DNA of 29,674 bases from assembly GCA_016839945.1 (NCBI GenBank), contig JAEOTE010000095.1:1-29674 (forward strand), read 5' to 3'. The DNA comes from Candidatus Heimdallarchaeota archaeon. Lineage in GTDB: Archaea > Asgardarchaeota > Heimdallarchaeia > Heimdallarchaeales > Heimdallarchaeaceae. The position numbers were made by a program, and so were the translations under genes. This document shows positions 16,251 to 24,780 of the stretch, in pieces (the stretch's first letter is position 1; each line of letters starts with the position of its first letter). The notes under the pieces are model-generated. The model did no database searches. It was not told the origin of the DNA and saw only the letters and a list, made by a program, of their open reading frames with translations.

Positions 16251-17336
16251 GTGAAAGCGATAAATTTTGAAGAAAGGTCTAAAAAAATACAAGATAAAAT
16301 TACAGAGAATGAAATAGATCTTTTTCTAATTACACCATCTATTAATTTTGGATATCTTTTCAGAGGTTTCTTCTCATTAAGTGAGAGATTAATATGTGGA
16401 ATGATTTTTCCTAATAATCATCCTCAATTAATTGCTCCTTCTTTTGAAAAAGAAAGAATGCAAATTGAAACAACTTTCGACGATGTAATTACTTGGCAAG
16501 AAGATGAGAATCCATATGAAGTTCTCAGAAATTCTATAGAAAAAAAAGTCAATACGATTGCTTTAGAATCATCAACACCATTTGATGTATATGTAAGATT
16601 AAAGAAACAATTTCCTGAAACTAAATTTGTTAATGGTGGAAAATATGTTAAGGAGCTAAGATCAATAAAAAATGATGCAGAAATGGAAAGAATGAGAAAA
16701 GCTGCTGAATGTACTTCTAAAGGGATTGTCAACACTCTTGATATTATCAAAGAAGGTCAAAGTGAAATAGAAGCTTTGAAAATAGTTCAAGGACAAATGA
16801 GTTCACTGTCTAATGAACCTGGGTGGGCTATAGTACAATTTGACGAAAATAGTGCTATTCCACATGGTCACCCATCTAAAAAGAAATTGAAGAAAGATAG
16901 TATAGTTCTAATTGATGCGGGAACAACATGTGAACATTATTTCGCTGATATAACAGTTACTTCAGTATTTGGTAAAGCATCCAAAGAATTTTTAGAAATT
17001 TATAGCATTGTTGAGGAAGCAAATCAAGCAGCATTAGATACTTCTAAGGAAGGAATCCCTGCTGAAAACGTTGATTTTGCAGCTAGAACTGTTATAGAAA
17101 AAGCAGGATATGGAAAGTATTTTACTCATAGACTTGGTCATGGTTTGGGTTTAGAAGTTCATGAAGATCCTTATATCGTAAAAGGAAATAAAAATCCTCT
17201 TGTTAATGGAAATGTTCATACTGATGAACCGGGAATCTACATACCTAACAAATTTGGTGTAAGAATTGAAGATGATGTTTTAATCTCTAACAAAGGAGAA
17301 AGACTAGTAACTTTCGATAGGAATTTATGGGAGTAA
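16251..17336 (+). CDS. pepQ: Xaa-Pro aminopeptidase/prolidase, M24B family
   Basis: Creatinase-like N-domain, then LRSIK..AE, SAIPHG, LIDAG....YFADITVT, HRLGHGLGLEVHE, DEPGIY and GVRIEDDV. Confidence 0.92.
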   Translation: MKAINFEERSKKIQDKITENEIDLFLITPSINFGYLFRGFFSLSERLICGMIFPNNHPQLIAPSFEKERMQIETTFDDVITWQEDENPYEVLRNSIEKKVNTIALESSTPFDVYVRLKKQFPETKFVNGGKYVKELRSIKNDAEMERMRKAAECTSKGIVNTLDIIKEGQSEIEALKIVQGQMSSLSNEPGWAIVQFDENSAIPHGHPSKKKLKKDSIVLIDAGTTCEHYFADITVTSVFGKASKEFLEIYSIVEEANQAALDTSKEGIPAENVDFAARTVIEKAGYGKYFTHRLGHGLGLEVHEDPYIVKGNKNPLVNGNVHTDEPGIYIPNKFGVRIEDDVLISNKGERLVTFDRNLWE

Positions 17337-17363
17337 AAATTGGAAAAATAGGTAATGAAAATT

Positions 17364-17549
17364 TTATTGTTCTTTGTTTTTCCTTTTAGCTCTTCTTTCT
17401 CTGAAACCTGCAAAAGTAATAAATCTAAAAATTTTACTCACTAAAACAATAACTAATACGATAGCTGCTACTGCAAGACCTAAAGCTATAATCAAAGGTC
17501 CAAAAATAATTCCTAATATAGTTCCACCTATGATTTTCCACACTTTCAT
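17364..17549 (-). CDS. Small membrane protein (about 61 aa)
   Basis: MKVWKIIGGTILGIIFGPLIIALGLAVAAIVLVIVLVSK...; one long hydrophobic stretch and a basic tail. The ATG at 17549 is preferred over 17588 because a TATAAAAA box lies about 25 nt upstream on the minus strand. Confidence 0.65.
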   Translation of the reverse strand: MKVWKIIGGTILGIIFGPLIIALGLAVAAIVLVIVLVSKIFRFITFAGFRERRAKRKNKEQ

Positions 17550-17613
17550 GATTGATTTATAGTGTCTGAAGTTTTTATATGTTTCCAAACAACGATTAAA
17601 GCGCGGTTCTAAA

Positions 17614-17985
17614 TCACTCTGGAATTTCTAAGTCTACAGTTTCAATAGTTAAGTATTGCATATTCAGATGAGTATCTCGAGAATCACATTTAGAGCATTT
17701 AAAATTAAAGGCAAATTCTTCATCTTTTTCTTTTGATGGTTCTCCTTTATAATCACAATTTAAACAGGTAATTTCAGCAGGTTTCATGATCAATTCTAAT
17801 TTTGATCCTCTAAATTTGTCCAATTCATCGACAATAATATCATATGCTTCATAAAGTAAATCAGGAATTACCATTTCATAAGGTCCTGCTGAAACAGTAA
17901 TTTTCTTTACACGATTTGCCTTATGTTGTTTTACAATAGCTTTGACTTGATCAATTATAGCAACTGCAAGACTATATTCGTGCAT
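17614..17985 (-). CDS. hypA: Hydrogenase maturation nickel metallochaperone HypA
   Basis: N-terminal MHEYSLA Ni-binding motif and a CLNC...CSKC Zn finger; adjacent to hypB. Confidence 0.95.
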   Translation of the reverse strand: MHEYSLAVAIIDQVKAIVKQHKANRVKKITVSAGPYEMVIPDLLYEAYDIIVDELDKFRGSKLELIMKPAEITCLNCDYKGEPSKEKDEEFAFNFKCSKCDSRDTHLNMQYLTIETVDLEIPE

Positions 17986-17995
17986 TTTACTCTTC

Positions 17996-18649
17996 CTATG
18001 GAAATTTTATACCAAGGGTGTTGATAAGTTCGTCTACACCTAAACCAGTTTTTGCACTTGTGCATATCACTTTCATTCCAGATTTGATTTTGGTTGCATC
18101 TTCTCTTAAAACCTTGGAATCAAAGTCAGATCCTTCTATATCACATTTATTTATGATTGCTATATCTGCTCCTTTAAAGATAATAGGGTGCTTCTTTATC
18201 ACATATTCTCCCTCAGTAATGCTTACAACTACTATATTTAATTGAGCTCCAATATCCCATGAAGATGGACAAATTAAATTTCCAACATTTTCAGCAAAAA
18301 AGATGTCATAACTATCAATATCAATTTTATCTAATTCACTAAGGATTAATTTAGCAGTAAGATGACATCCGCCACCAGTGTTGATTTGAACTGTTGTAGC
18401 CCCCTGTTTGGCAATTCTATCTGCATCAATTGTAGTTGCAACATCACCATTTATTACAAAAATCCGATATTTAGAAGACAGTTTTTCTGCTATTCTTTCA
18501 AGCAGAAGTGTTTTTCCTGCTCCAATTGATCCCATTATATTGAAAAAAAGTTTGTTTTTTTCTTCCATTTCAACTCTAATTTGGTCAGCAATTTCATCAT
18601 TTGCAATATATGCTTGCTTCTTAACCACAATTTTCTTCTCTTTTGCCAT
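17996..18649 (-). CDS. hypB: Hydrogenase nickel-incorporation GTPase HypB
   Basis: NIMGSIGAGKTLLLE, GDVATTIDADRI, QINTGGGCHL, ENVGNLICP, SITEGE, KHPIIF and INKCD. Confidence 0.95.
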   Translation of the reverse strand: MAKEKKIVVKKQAYIANDEIADQIRVEMEEKNKLFFNIMGSIGAGKTLLLERIAEKLSSKYRIFVINGDVATTIDADRIAKQGATTVQINTGGGCHLTAKLILSELDKIDIDSYDIFFAENVGNLICPSSWDIGAQLNIVVVSITEGEYVIKKHPIIFKGADIAIINKCDIEGSDFDSKVLREDATKIKSGMKVICTSAKTGLGVDELINTLGIKFP

Positions 18650-18780
18650 AATTAACGTTCACAGAACTTGAAAATGGTATTATAAGTTATTCGTTTAACT
18701 ATTGTTTTTCACTAGGACATCGAAAAAATTTATTACCTCTAAACTCTAACTATCTTTAGTGACCGTTCTGAGGTATAAGA

Positions 18781-20571
18781 ATGAGTATGTTAAACAAAAT
18801 AAAAGGAAAAAAAAGAGCTGTATCACCTGTTGTTGCTACAGTTCTTCTAATTAGTTTAGTAGTTGCAGCTAGTGCAATAGTTGTTGTAGTTGTAGTTCCC
18901 ATGCTTAGAGGGAGCTCAAGTATAAATTTCATCACAGTTCAATGGTTTGATACAGATGGAGATATAGTGGTTGATATAGCCTATGTAACACTACAGAATA
19001 CAGGTACTGCAGATTCTGTGATTAAATCATTAAATATTACAGTGGCAACTTCAGGTGGAGATGAAGTAGTAATTAATGAAACATCAGTTCAAGGAATAAA
19101 TTTGCCATTAGAAATAGATGCAGCTGAAAGATTAGATTTAGTTGTATCTTTTAATCCTGAAGATAATGTAGTGGTTGGATCTAATATATTTAGAGTTCAA
19201 ATGATTGGTGAAAATGACCAAGTAGTTCCCTTTCAAGATAATTTAAAATACATAAATGTAATAGAACCTTTAGATTTTCTTGTATTGAATCCACTTAACA
19301 GTAGTTGGATTAGTGGTATTATCGATGCTCAAGCAGTAGCATCAGGAGGATTCCAAGTGTCACCTATCACTTATGATTTCGTCTTACCTGATGAAACTGT
19401 TGTATTACAAAATCAGGCCATTACTTCTCACATTGATTCAACAGCTTATCCTGATGACATTGGTTATAAAATGATATTTTCTGTAAATGATTCTCTTGGA
19501 CAAAGCAAAGAAGTAACACAAACATTTGGAATAGATAATGTGGGTGTAGGAGTCGATTTATCGCTAAGTGACTCAATCATATACCCAGGAGATTCACTTA
19601 CTGCCTCATGGTCACTAGACTACGCAGGATCTCCCCTGATAAATCAAACTTTAGTACTAAGTGGAACTGTTTTTGGTTATGATCAAGTTTTCACTAGTAC
19701 TGAAGCTACAGTAACAGAATATATTTTACAAGGCACACAAACCTTGTATATGGCAGAAGATGAATTAACTTTCACATTGTATGTCAAAGATGCAGCTGGA
19801 AATACTAACATTTCAGGAGAATTATTCAACTTAATAGATAATATAGATCCTAATACTTACTTTATTTCACCAGCAAATGAGTCTGATTTAAGTGGGTATT
19901 TTGTTATAGAAGTTTTTGCTGATGATGCATCTGGTATAGATACTAATAGATTCGATGTTTACTTCTTTGCAAATAGCAGTGAGTACTATTATTTCTATCA
20001 ACAAAGTGTTGAACACTTAGCAACATATGTTGTGCATCAGAAGAAATGGGTTTTATATTTCAATAGTTATATACTGCCTGATGATAACTTCTCTATTGTA
20101 GCTCAGGTATATGATCTTTCAATCGCTGGAAATGGGAATACCACATCAATTGTTGCGAATGTAGATAATGACGTAATAAATGTATTTGGTGCAACTGCTA
20201 TTGATGGAAGAGGTGGTTTCTTCTTCAGAAGAAGAGGAGTATTATCATTCTACCTCAAAAATTTAGTTCCTTATACAATAACAATATCTGAAATAATGAT
20301 CAATTGGGGTGGAAACAGTAGAATTGATTGGGTTTATAGTATATATGATGATACACTTAATCAATACTGGTTAGAAGCAGGTAACTACGATGAAGATATT
20401 GCTTATCCTGTAGCTGCTGTTCAAGGAGGAATAAATATAACTGATGAGTTAGATCATCATCTAACAATTCAATTTAATTACGGAGATAAACCAACAGGCG
20501 TTGATTTTATTATTTCCTTCTACATAGATCAACTTGGTTCATGGGAAACAGTATACATAACGGAAGTATAA
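18781..20571 (+). CDS. Large archaeal type IV pilin/archaellin-signal surface protein with Ig-like beta-sandwich domains
   Basis: Class III signal peptide KKRA|VSPVVATVLLISLVVAA and pilin-like VTLQNTG. Ig-like ends include VNDSLGQ, VKDAAGNT and VYDLSIAGN, with many N-x-S/T sequons. An SD-like GAGGT precedes the ATG. Confidence 0.85.
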   Translation: MSMLNKIKGKKRAVSPVVATVLLISLVVAASAIVVVVVVPMLRGSSSINFITVQWFDTDGDIVVDIAYVTLQNTGTADSVIKSLNITVATSGGDEVVINETSVQGINLPLEIDAAERLDLVVSFNPEDNVVVGSNIFRVQMIGENDQVVPFQDNLKYINVIEPLDFLVLNPLNSSWISGIIDAQAVASGGFQVSPITYDFVLPDETVVLQNQAITSHIDSTAYPDDIGYKMIFSVNDSLGQSKEVTQTFGIDNVGVGVDLSLSDSIIYPGDSLTASWSLDYAGSPLINQTLVLSGTVFGYDQVFTSTEATVTEYILQGTQTLYMAEDELTFTLYVKDAAGNTNISGELFNLIDNIDPNTYFISPANESDLSGYFVIEVFADDASGIDTNRFDVYFFANSSEYYYFYQQSVEHLATYVVHQKKWVLYFNSYILPDDNFSIVAQVYDLSIAGNGNTTSIVANVDNDVINVFGATAIDGRGGFFFRRRGVLSFYLKNLVPYTITISEIMINWGGNSRIDWVYSIYDDTLNQYWLEAGNYDEDIAYPVAAVQGGINITDELDHHLTIQFNYGDKPTGVDFIISFYIDQLGSWETVYITEV

Positions 20572-20572
20572 T

Positions 20573-20600
20573 CCTTCTTTCTTTTTTCTTTCTTTATTTT
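20573..20600 (+). terminator. Oligo-T terminator candidate
   Basis: A pyrimidine/T tract (ccttctttcttttttctttctttatttt) immediately after the stop codon at 20571. Confidence 0.5.
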
Positions 20601-20655
20601 ATGTGTATCTTTATACATATTAAGCTTCATTAGTGTTTAAGCTATAATTATTTAC

Positions 20656-21264
20656 ATGAAAAAAAGAAATAGGATAATATCTATCTGTTTTTCTGTTATT
20701 CTATTGTTTTCTATAGTTTCCATTATTTTGTGGGAATATGTTTTTGATGTAGAAAAGTTTGATTATGGTTTTGAAACCAACTTTGGAGGTTGGGTAGGTG
20801 ATGCTGATTATTTAGTGGGTGAAGACGAAATTATTGCTGTTGATTGGAATGTAACTAAAGTAACAGAAAATCCATACAAGGGGAGTTATTCTATCTGTTT
20901 AGAGATTGATGGATTTCAAGATGATGGAGCTGTTTGGATTGAGAAGGCTTTCTTTGTAGAAAATGATAACAGTAGATATAAACATGTTAAAGTAAGTTTC
21001 CAATTCTTTTCTGACAATTTTGGTATGAATACAAGGGCTTTAATCTTCGCATCAATAAATACAACTAATCCATCAATAGAAGAGGATTTTGACCACAAGA
21101 TTACAACAATAACTAGTGATAGTTATCTAGATGGTTGGTATAAATTCAGTATAACAGCAAAGATAAAACCATTAGACCAAATTTGGGTAGCTATAGGTAT
21201 AAAAGTAGCATGGGAGACTTTACTTAAATATTACATTGACAATGTTTCTGTTCGAATCAGATAG
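20656..21264 (+). CDS. Membrane-anchored or secreted beta-sandwich (carbohydrate-binding-module-like) protein
   Basis: N-terminal signal/anchor helix, then YGFETNFGGW...PYKGSYSICL...W...YYIDNVSVR, the layout of jelly-roll CBM/MAM-like domains. Confidence 0.65.
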   Translation: MKKRNRIISICFSVILLFSIVSIILWEYVFDVEKFDYGFETNFGGWVGDADYLVGEDEIIAVDWNVTKVTENPYKGSYSICLEIDGFQDDGAVWIEKAFFVENDNSRYKHVKVSFQFFSDNFGMNTRALIFASINTTNPSIEEDFDHKITTITSDSYLDGWYKFSITAKIKPLDQIWVAIGIKVAWETLLKYYIDNVSVRIR

Positions 21265-21306
21265 AACATTCGAAAAGCTAATATTATTAATTTATTATTA
21301 CATGAT

Positions 21307-22203
21307 ATGAAAGTTACGTATAACAGATACCCAGAGCTTGAACAATTTCTAAATACTTTCGTTGAGTTTACTGTAACTTCATTAACTGTAAAATCTATTA
21401 TTCTTTTCGGAGGAATTACTCTAGATGATTTCTCAAAGAGATACAGTGAGATAGATATTGTTGTTGTTTTAGAAAAAGGATTGTGGAAAAAGGATTTTGA
21501 CACTCTTGATGAGATTATATCCAAAATAGGACAACTGAACAAGGAATTTGCACAGATTTTTACAGCCTATTTTGTTCCAGTAACGATGCTTGAAAATCCA
21601 AGGATTGTATATAATGACTTGGAAGGAATTATCGTTCGCAATTTGAATCAAATTATTATTGATCAGTATCCTCTTTCCCTTACTGATGATTTTGTAATTC
21701 AGAAGAAAGGAGAAGTATTATATGGAGAAAACATAATCAACAAGTTCCCTATCCCTCCTTTAGATTGTTTTTGGATCCAATTTGTGGAAGATTTATCAAT
21801 AATTGAAGCAATAGCAAAAGAGTACCCATTTCAACATGCTGATTCTCCTAACTATAATCAAGCTACTAATTGGATTCATTATTTCTCACGAATGCTTTAT
21901 TCTATCAAAAATAATGACATTTTAGGAAAACTAAAGGGTGCTTATTGGTTTTCTAATGAATACTATGGAGAACTAGGAGATTTCGTGACAGAAGTAGCCA
22001 GTTGTCGTCAGAAAAACATCTCCTTATCCAGTTTAATAGGTGTTGTAGAAAATAGTAGAAAATTACTTCTTTTCTTTTTAGAAAAAGCTTTTGAGCTGAA
22101 AGGAGTAAAGATTCCTAATCTGAGTATTTTGGTAAAATATGAAAACGATGTTGCCAATTTTAGTAGAGTATTTATGGAACTTAGGAATTTTGTAAGTGAT
22201 TAG
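21307..22203 (+). CDS. Pol-beta-fold nucleotidyltransferase with an AadA/DUF4111-like C-terminal helical domain
   Basis: SIILFGGITLDDFSKRYSEIDIVVVL is a variant of hGS..GDF....SDhDh. Also GEVLYGE and FSRMLYSIKNNDILGKLKGAYW, similar to the 'CRhhYT...g.hhSK..Aa.W' of ANT(3'')/DUF4111. Confidence 0.75.
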   Translation: MKVTYNRYPELEQFLNTFVEFTVTSLTVKSIILFGGITLDDFSKRYSEIDIVVVLEKGLWKKDFDTLDEIISKIGQLNKEFAQIFTAYFVPVTMLENPRIVYNDLEGIIVRNLNQIIIDQYPLSLTDDFVIQKKGEVLYGENIINKFPIPPLDCFWIQFVEDLSIIEAIAKEYPFQHADSPNYNQATNWIHYFSRMLYSIKNNDILGKLKGAYWFSNEYYGELGDFVTEVASCRQKNISLSSLIGVVENSRKLLLFFLEKAFELKGVKIPNLSILVKYENDVANFSRVFMELRNFVSD

Positions 22204-22209
22204 TTAAAT

Positions 22210-23586
22210 GTGGAAAAAATGAATGATAGGAGCAAAGTGCTTGAAACATTCATTAGTAAACTATTAACAGTTGTGCCAAGAACAATTTGTGTATATGAAT
22301 TTACAAAAGAAATAACTCAATTTGATAAGTGGCTGAAAAATAAGAAAGGTTTAGTTGTAGTTATTGACGATGATGATCATTCTTTAGAAAATCTTCTTCT
22401 TATAGATTTAATTTATGATACAATTCAAGATGAATTTGGCTGGAGAGAGGGAACAGCTTTTGCTTCAGCCTTTTCAAGAGGATATATTCGTACAAGAAAT
22501 AATTTATGGCATATCAATATTCAGAATTCACACTGCCTTTTACCTGAAGATATGATTAACCTAAAAAAAACAAGACAATTACTTCATGGTGAAGATATCA
22601 TATCAAGAATAGGTTTTCCTCATCAAGAAGAAGAAATACTGAGAATCAGCCCAGGACTTACAAGAAAAGAAGCTACAGAAATAGCTAAAAAACATCCTCA
22701 ATACAAACCCTTAGTTGAACCTGAATGTTGTTTAGCAAGGCATGATTTCGTAATAAAACACTCAATAGTAAATCTTCTAGAAGACAATTTAGTAATGTTT
22801 AAGAATTATATAAAACCTGAAAGAAATGCTCATTTATACGGAAGGTATTGGGGTTCAGGTAAAACACAAATCATATACTCCCTCATTAAAAAATGCAAAG
22901 AATTAGAGATTCCTTTCCTCTATAGAACAGAATTTTGGAAAGGAGAAGATGGTAAATATATAGATATAGAACATAATCCTGACAACGATTCCGACAAAGT
23001 TAGTGAATGGGCTGCCTTACATGCTCCTTCTCCACAATTTGTTCTATTTCTTGATGAAGTTGATATTGACATTAACCTTCTTAATGAGAATCTCAAAGTC
23101 AAGTATAAAGACTATGATCCTCTTTTTTATATCATATCCGGAGCTAAGGAAATAAGCTATTTTGTAGACGATGACTTCGATGTTTATGATATTGTAAAAG
23201 AATATCCATTTAATGAAACACAATACAGAGAGTTAGTTGAGAAATTAATGGATAAATCAAATTTAGATAAAACTGTCTTTGCAGAAGAAGTCATAGACAT
23301 TATTGTGAAGAAAACACGTTTATGGAATCACTCCTCAATCAGAAAAACTCCTACAGCTGTTATTTTAACAGCAACATTAGCTTTAATAGAATCAATAAAG
23401 AAATGTGATGATTTAGGTCAACAGCACGTTATTCTTCCTGAGATTGCAGAAAAGTGGGCACTTTTAGGAACTTCTCCTTGGTACCAATTACATGGTGAAT
23501 TGCATGATGTTCATGCTGAATACTTAATTTTTGATGGACAAAAATATACTGAAAAAGATGAGCATTACGATTATCCGCTGCCTTGA
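22210..23586 (+). CDS. Degenerate NTase-like N-terminal domain fused to a P-loop AAA+-type ATPase
   Basis: AHLYGRYWGSGKT (Walker A) and FVLFLDEVD (Walker B). The N-terminal half resembles the upstream NTase (QLLHGEDII vs EVLYGENII). It starts 6 nt after the upstream stop; the start is the GTG at 22210 or the ATG at 22219. Confidence 0.65.
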   Translation: MEKMNDRSKVLETFISKLLTVVPRTICVYEFTKEITQFDKWLKNKKGLVVVIDDDDHSLENLLLIDLIYDTIQDEFGWREGTAFASAFSRGYIRTRNNLWHINIQNSHCLLPEDMINLKKTRQLLHGEDIISRIGFPHQEEEILRISPGLTRKEATEIAKKHPQYKPLVEPECCLARHDFVIKHSIVNLLEDNLVMFKNYIKPERNAHLYGRYWGSGKTQIIYSLIKKCKELEIPFLYRTEFWKGEDGKYIDIEHNPDNDSDKVSEWAALHAPSPQFVLFLDEVDIDINLLNENLKVKYKDYDPLFYIISGAKEISYFVDDDFDVYDIVKEYPFNETQYRELVEKLMDKSNLDKTVFAEEVIDIIVKKTRLWNHSSIRKTPTAVILTATLALIESIKKCDDLGQQHVILPEIAEKWALLGTSPWYQLHGELHDVHAEYLIFDGQKYTEKDEHYDYPLP

Positions 23587-23602
23587 AGCAGAAGTATTTT
23601 TA

Positions 23603-24658
23603 CTACATGAAATAATATTTTGAAATAACTGCATTTGTTTGAGAGAATTTTATAAACTCGCTTAATTCATCTCTCAGTTTATTCACATTTTTCTCATGGT
23701 ATGTTGAAAGATAAATCATTCCTACAGCAAATGAAATACCAGATATCAGAATAATTACAATCAAAATAAATGCAAATGCACCCAAATACATCAATATACT
23801 TGCTATTAGGGAAGGATCAAATTTACCTGTTATTAACTGAACAATATCAATGAAAAAACTAACTCCTGCTAAGATTACTGAAGCACTAAAGAGTCTACTT
23901 ATGATACTTGTTCTGAATCTATCAGAGAGATCATAAACATCGTTTTCTGTTCTTATATACCTTATACGAGAATCTCTTATGATCCAAAAAACAGGTGTAA
24001 CCCAAGATATGAGTACAGGAGACATTAAGATAACAATAGAACCTGCTAGAAAACCAGTATATGAGCTTCTTATACTAAACTTCACAATTGAAGCTAGAAG
24101 AAAACCTATACCTAAAGATGATGTTATCATATCCCTCAAACGTTTTCGTAGAAAATAACTGATTCGACTAATGTCAAGATCATGTGTTTCTTCTTCTAAA
24201 TAATAAGTAGTATCAGGGTCAATGTTAAGGTTAAATAAACTAGCAGAAAACACTCTAAAGAATTTATATTTTTTAAATTGCTGTTCCTTCTTTAATTTTT
24301 TAAACATCTCTTTTATTTCATGATCTTCTTGATTCTTTATTTTTAATGTTTGGTAAACAAGTTTCCTTGTAACAAGCTTTCCTACCCAATTCCATAAGAA
24401 AATTGATATTGTTGGAGATATGATTGACACAGATACGAGAATGATTGCCAGAATCGTATAATCTGAGGATCTTGGGGTGTAATCAGGAAATTTCAAAAAA
24501 CGAATAATTAAATACCAAACTGCATAAGAAACGAAGAATATCAAACCAACTGAAATCCAAGTTTTCTTCGATGGTTTTTTTACATGAAATATAGATCTTT
24601 TTGCACTTATCTCTCTTATTGGAAGAACTAACTGATTTTCTTCTGTCATAGCAATCAC
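23603..24658 (-). CDS. Hypothetical polytopic membrane protein (about 6 TM)
   Basis: 351-aa ORF with three pairs of hydrophobic helices and no recognised motif. Confidence 0.75.
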   Translation of the reverse strand: MIAMTEENQLVLPIREISAKRSIFHVKKPSKKTWISVGLIFFVSYAVWYLIIRFLKFPDYTPRSSDYTILAIILVSVSIISPTISIFLWNWVGKLVTRKLVYQTLKIKNQEDHEIKEMFKKLKKEQQFKKYKFFRVFSASLFNLNIDPDTTYYLEEETHDLDISRISYFLRKRLRDMITSSLGIGFLLASIVKFSIRSSYTGFLAGSIVILMSPVLISWVTPVFWIIRDSRIRYIRTENDVYDLSDRFRTSIISRLFSASVILAGVSFFIDIVQLITGKFDPSLIASILMYLGAFAFILIVIILISGISFAVGMIYLSTYHEKNVNKLRDELSEFIKFSQTNAVISKYYFM

Positions 24659-24780
24659 TGAAACAGTTTAAACAAATTCAATGTTAATCTTAAAGTTTAT
24701 GAGAACTGCAAAGTTGAACACCAAAATAAATATTCTAATTCTCATTAAAGTTTATATACTTAGAATGTCATGCATTCTAG

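Noticed and set aside
2163-22203. HEPN protein plus nucleotidyltransferase as an MNT-HEPN toxin-antitoxin pair
   Set aside because: The genes are about 18 kb apart, and both are much larger and differently built than minimal MNT/HEPN proteins.
21307-23586. CBASS call, or a bona fide aminoglycoside-resistance gene (also applies to the APH-like gene at 10305-11300)
   Set aside because: The NTase lacks recognisable CD-NTase features, and no HORMA or effector gene is adjacent. Fold-level similarity to AadA or APH does not establish antibiotic substrates.
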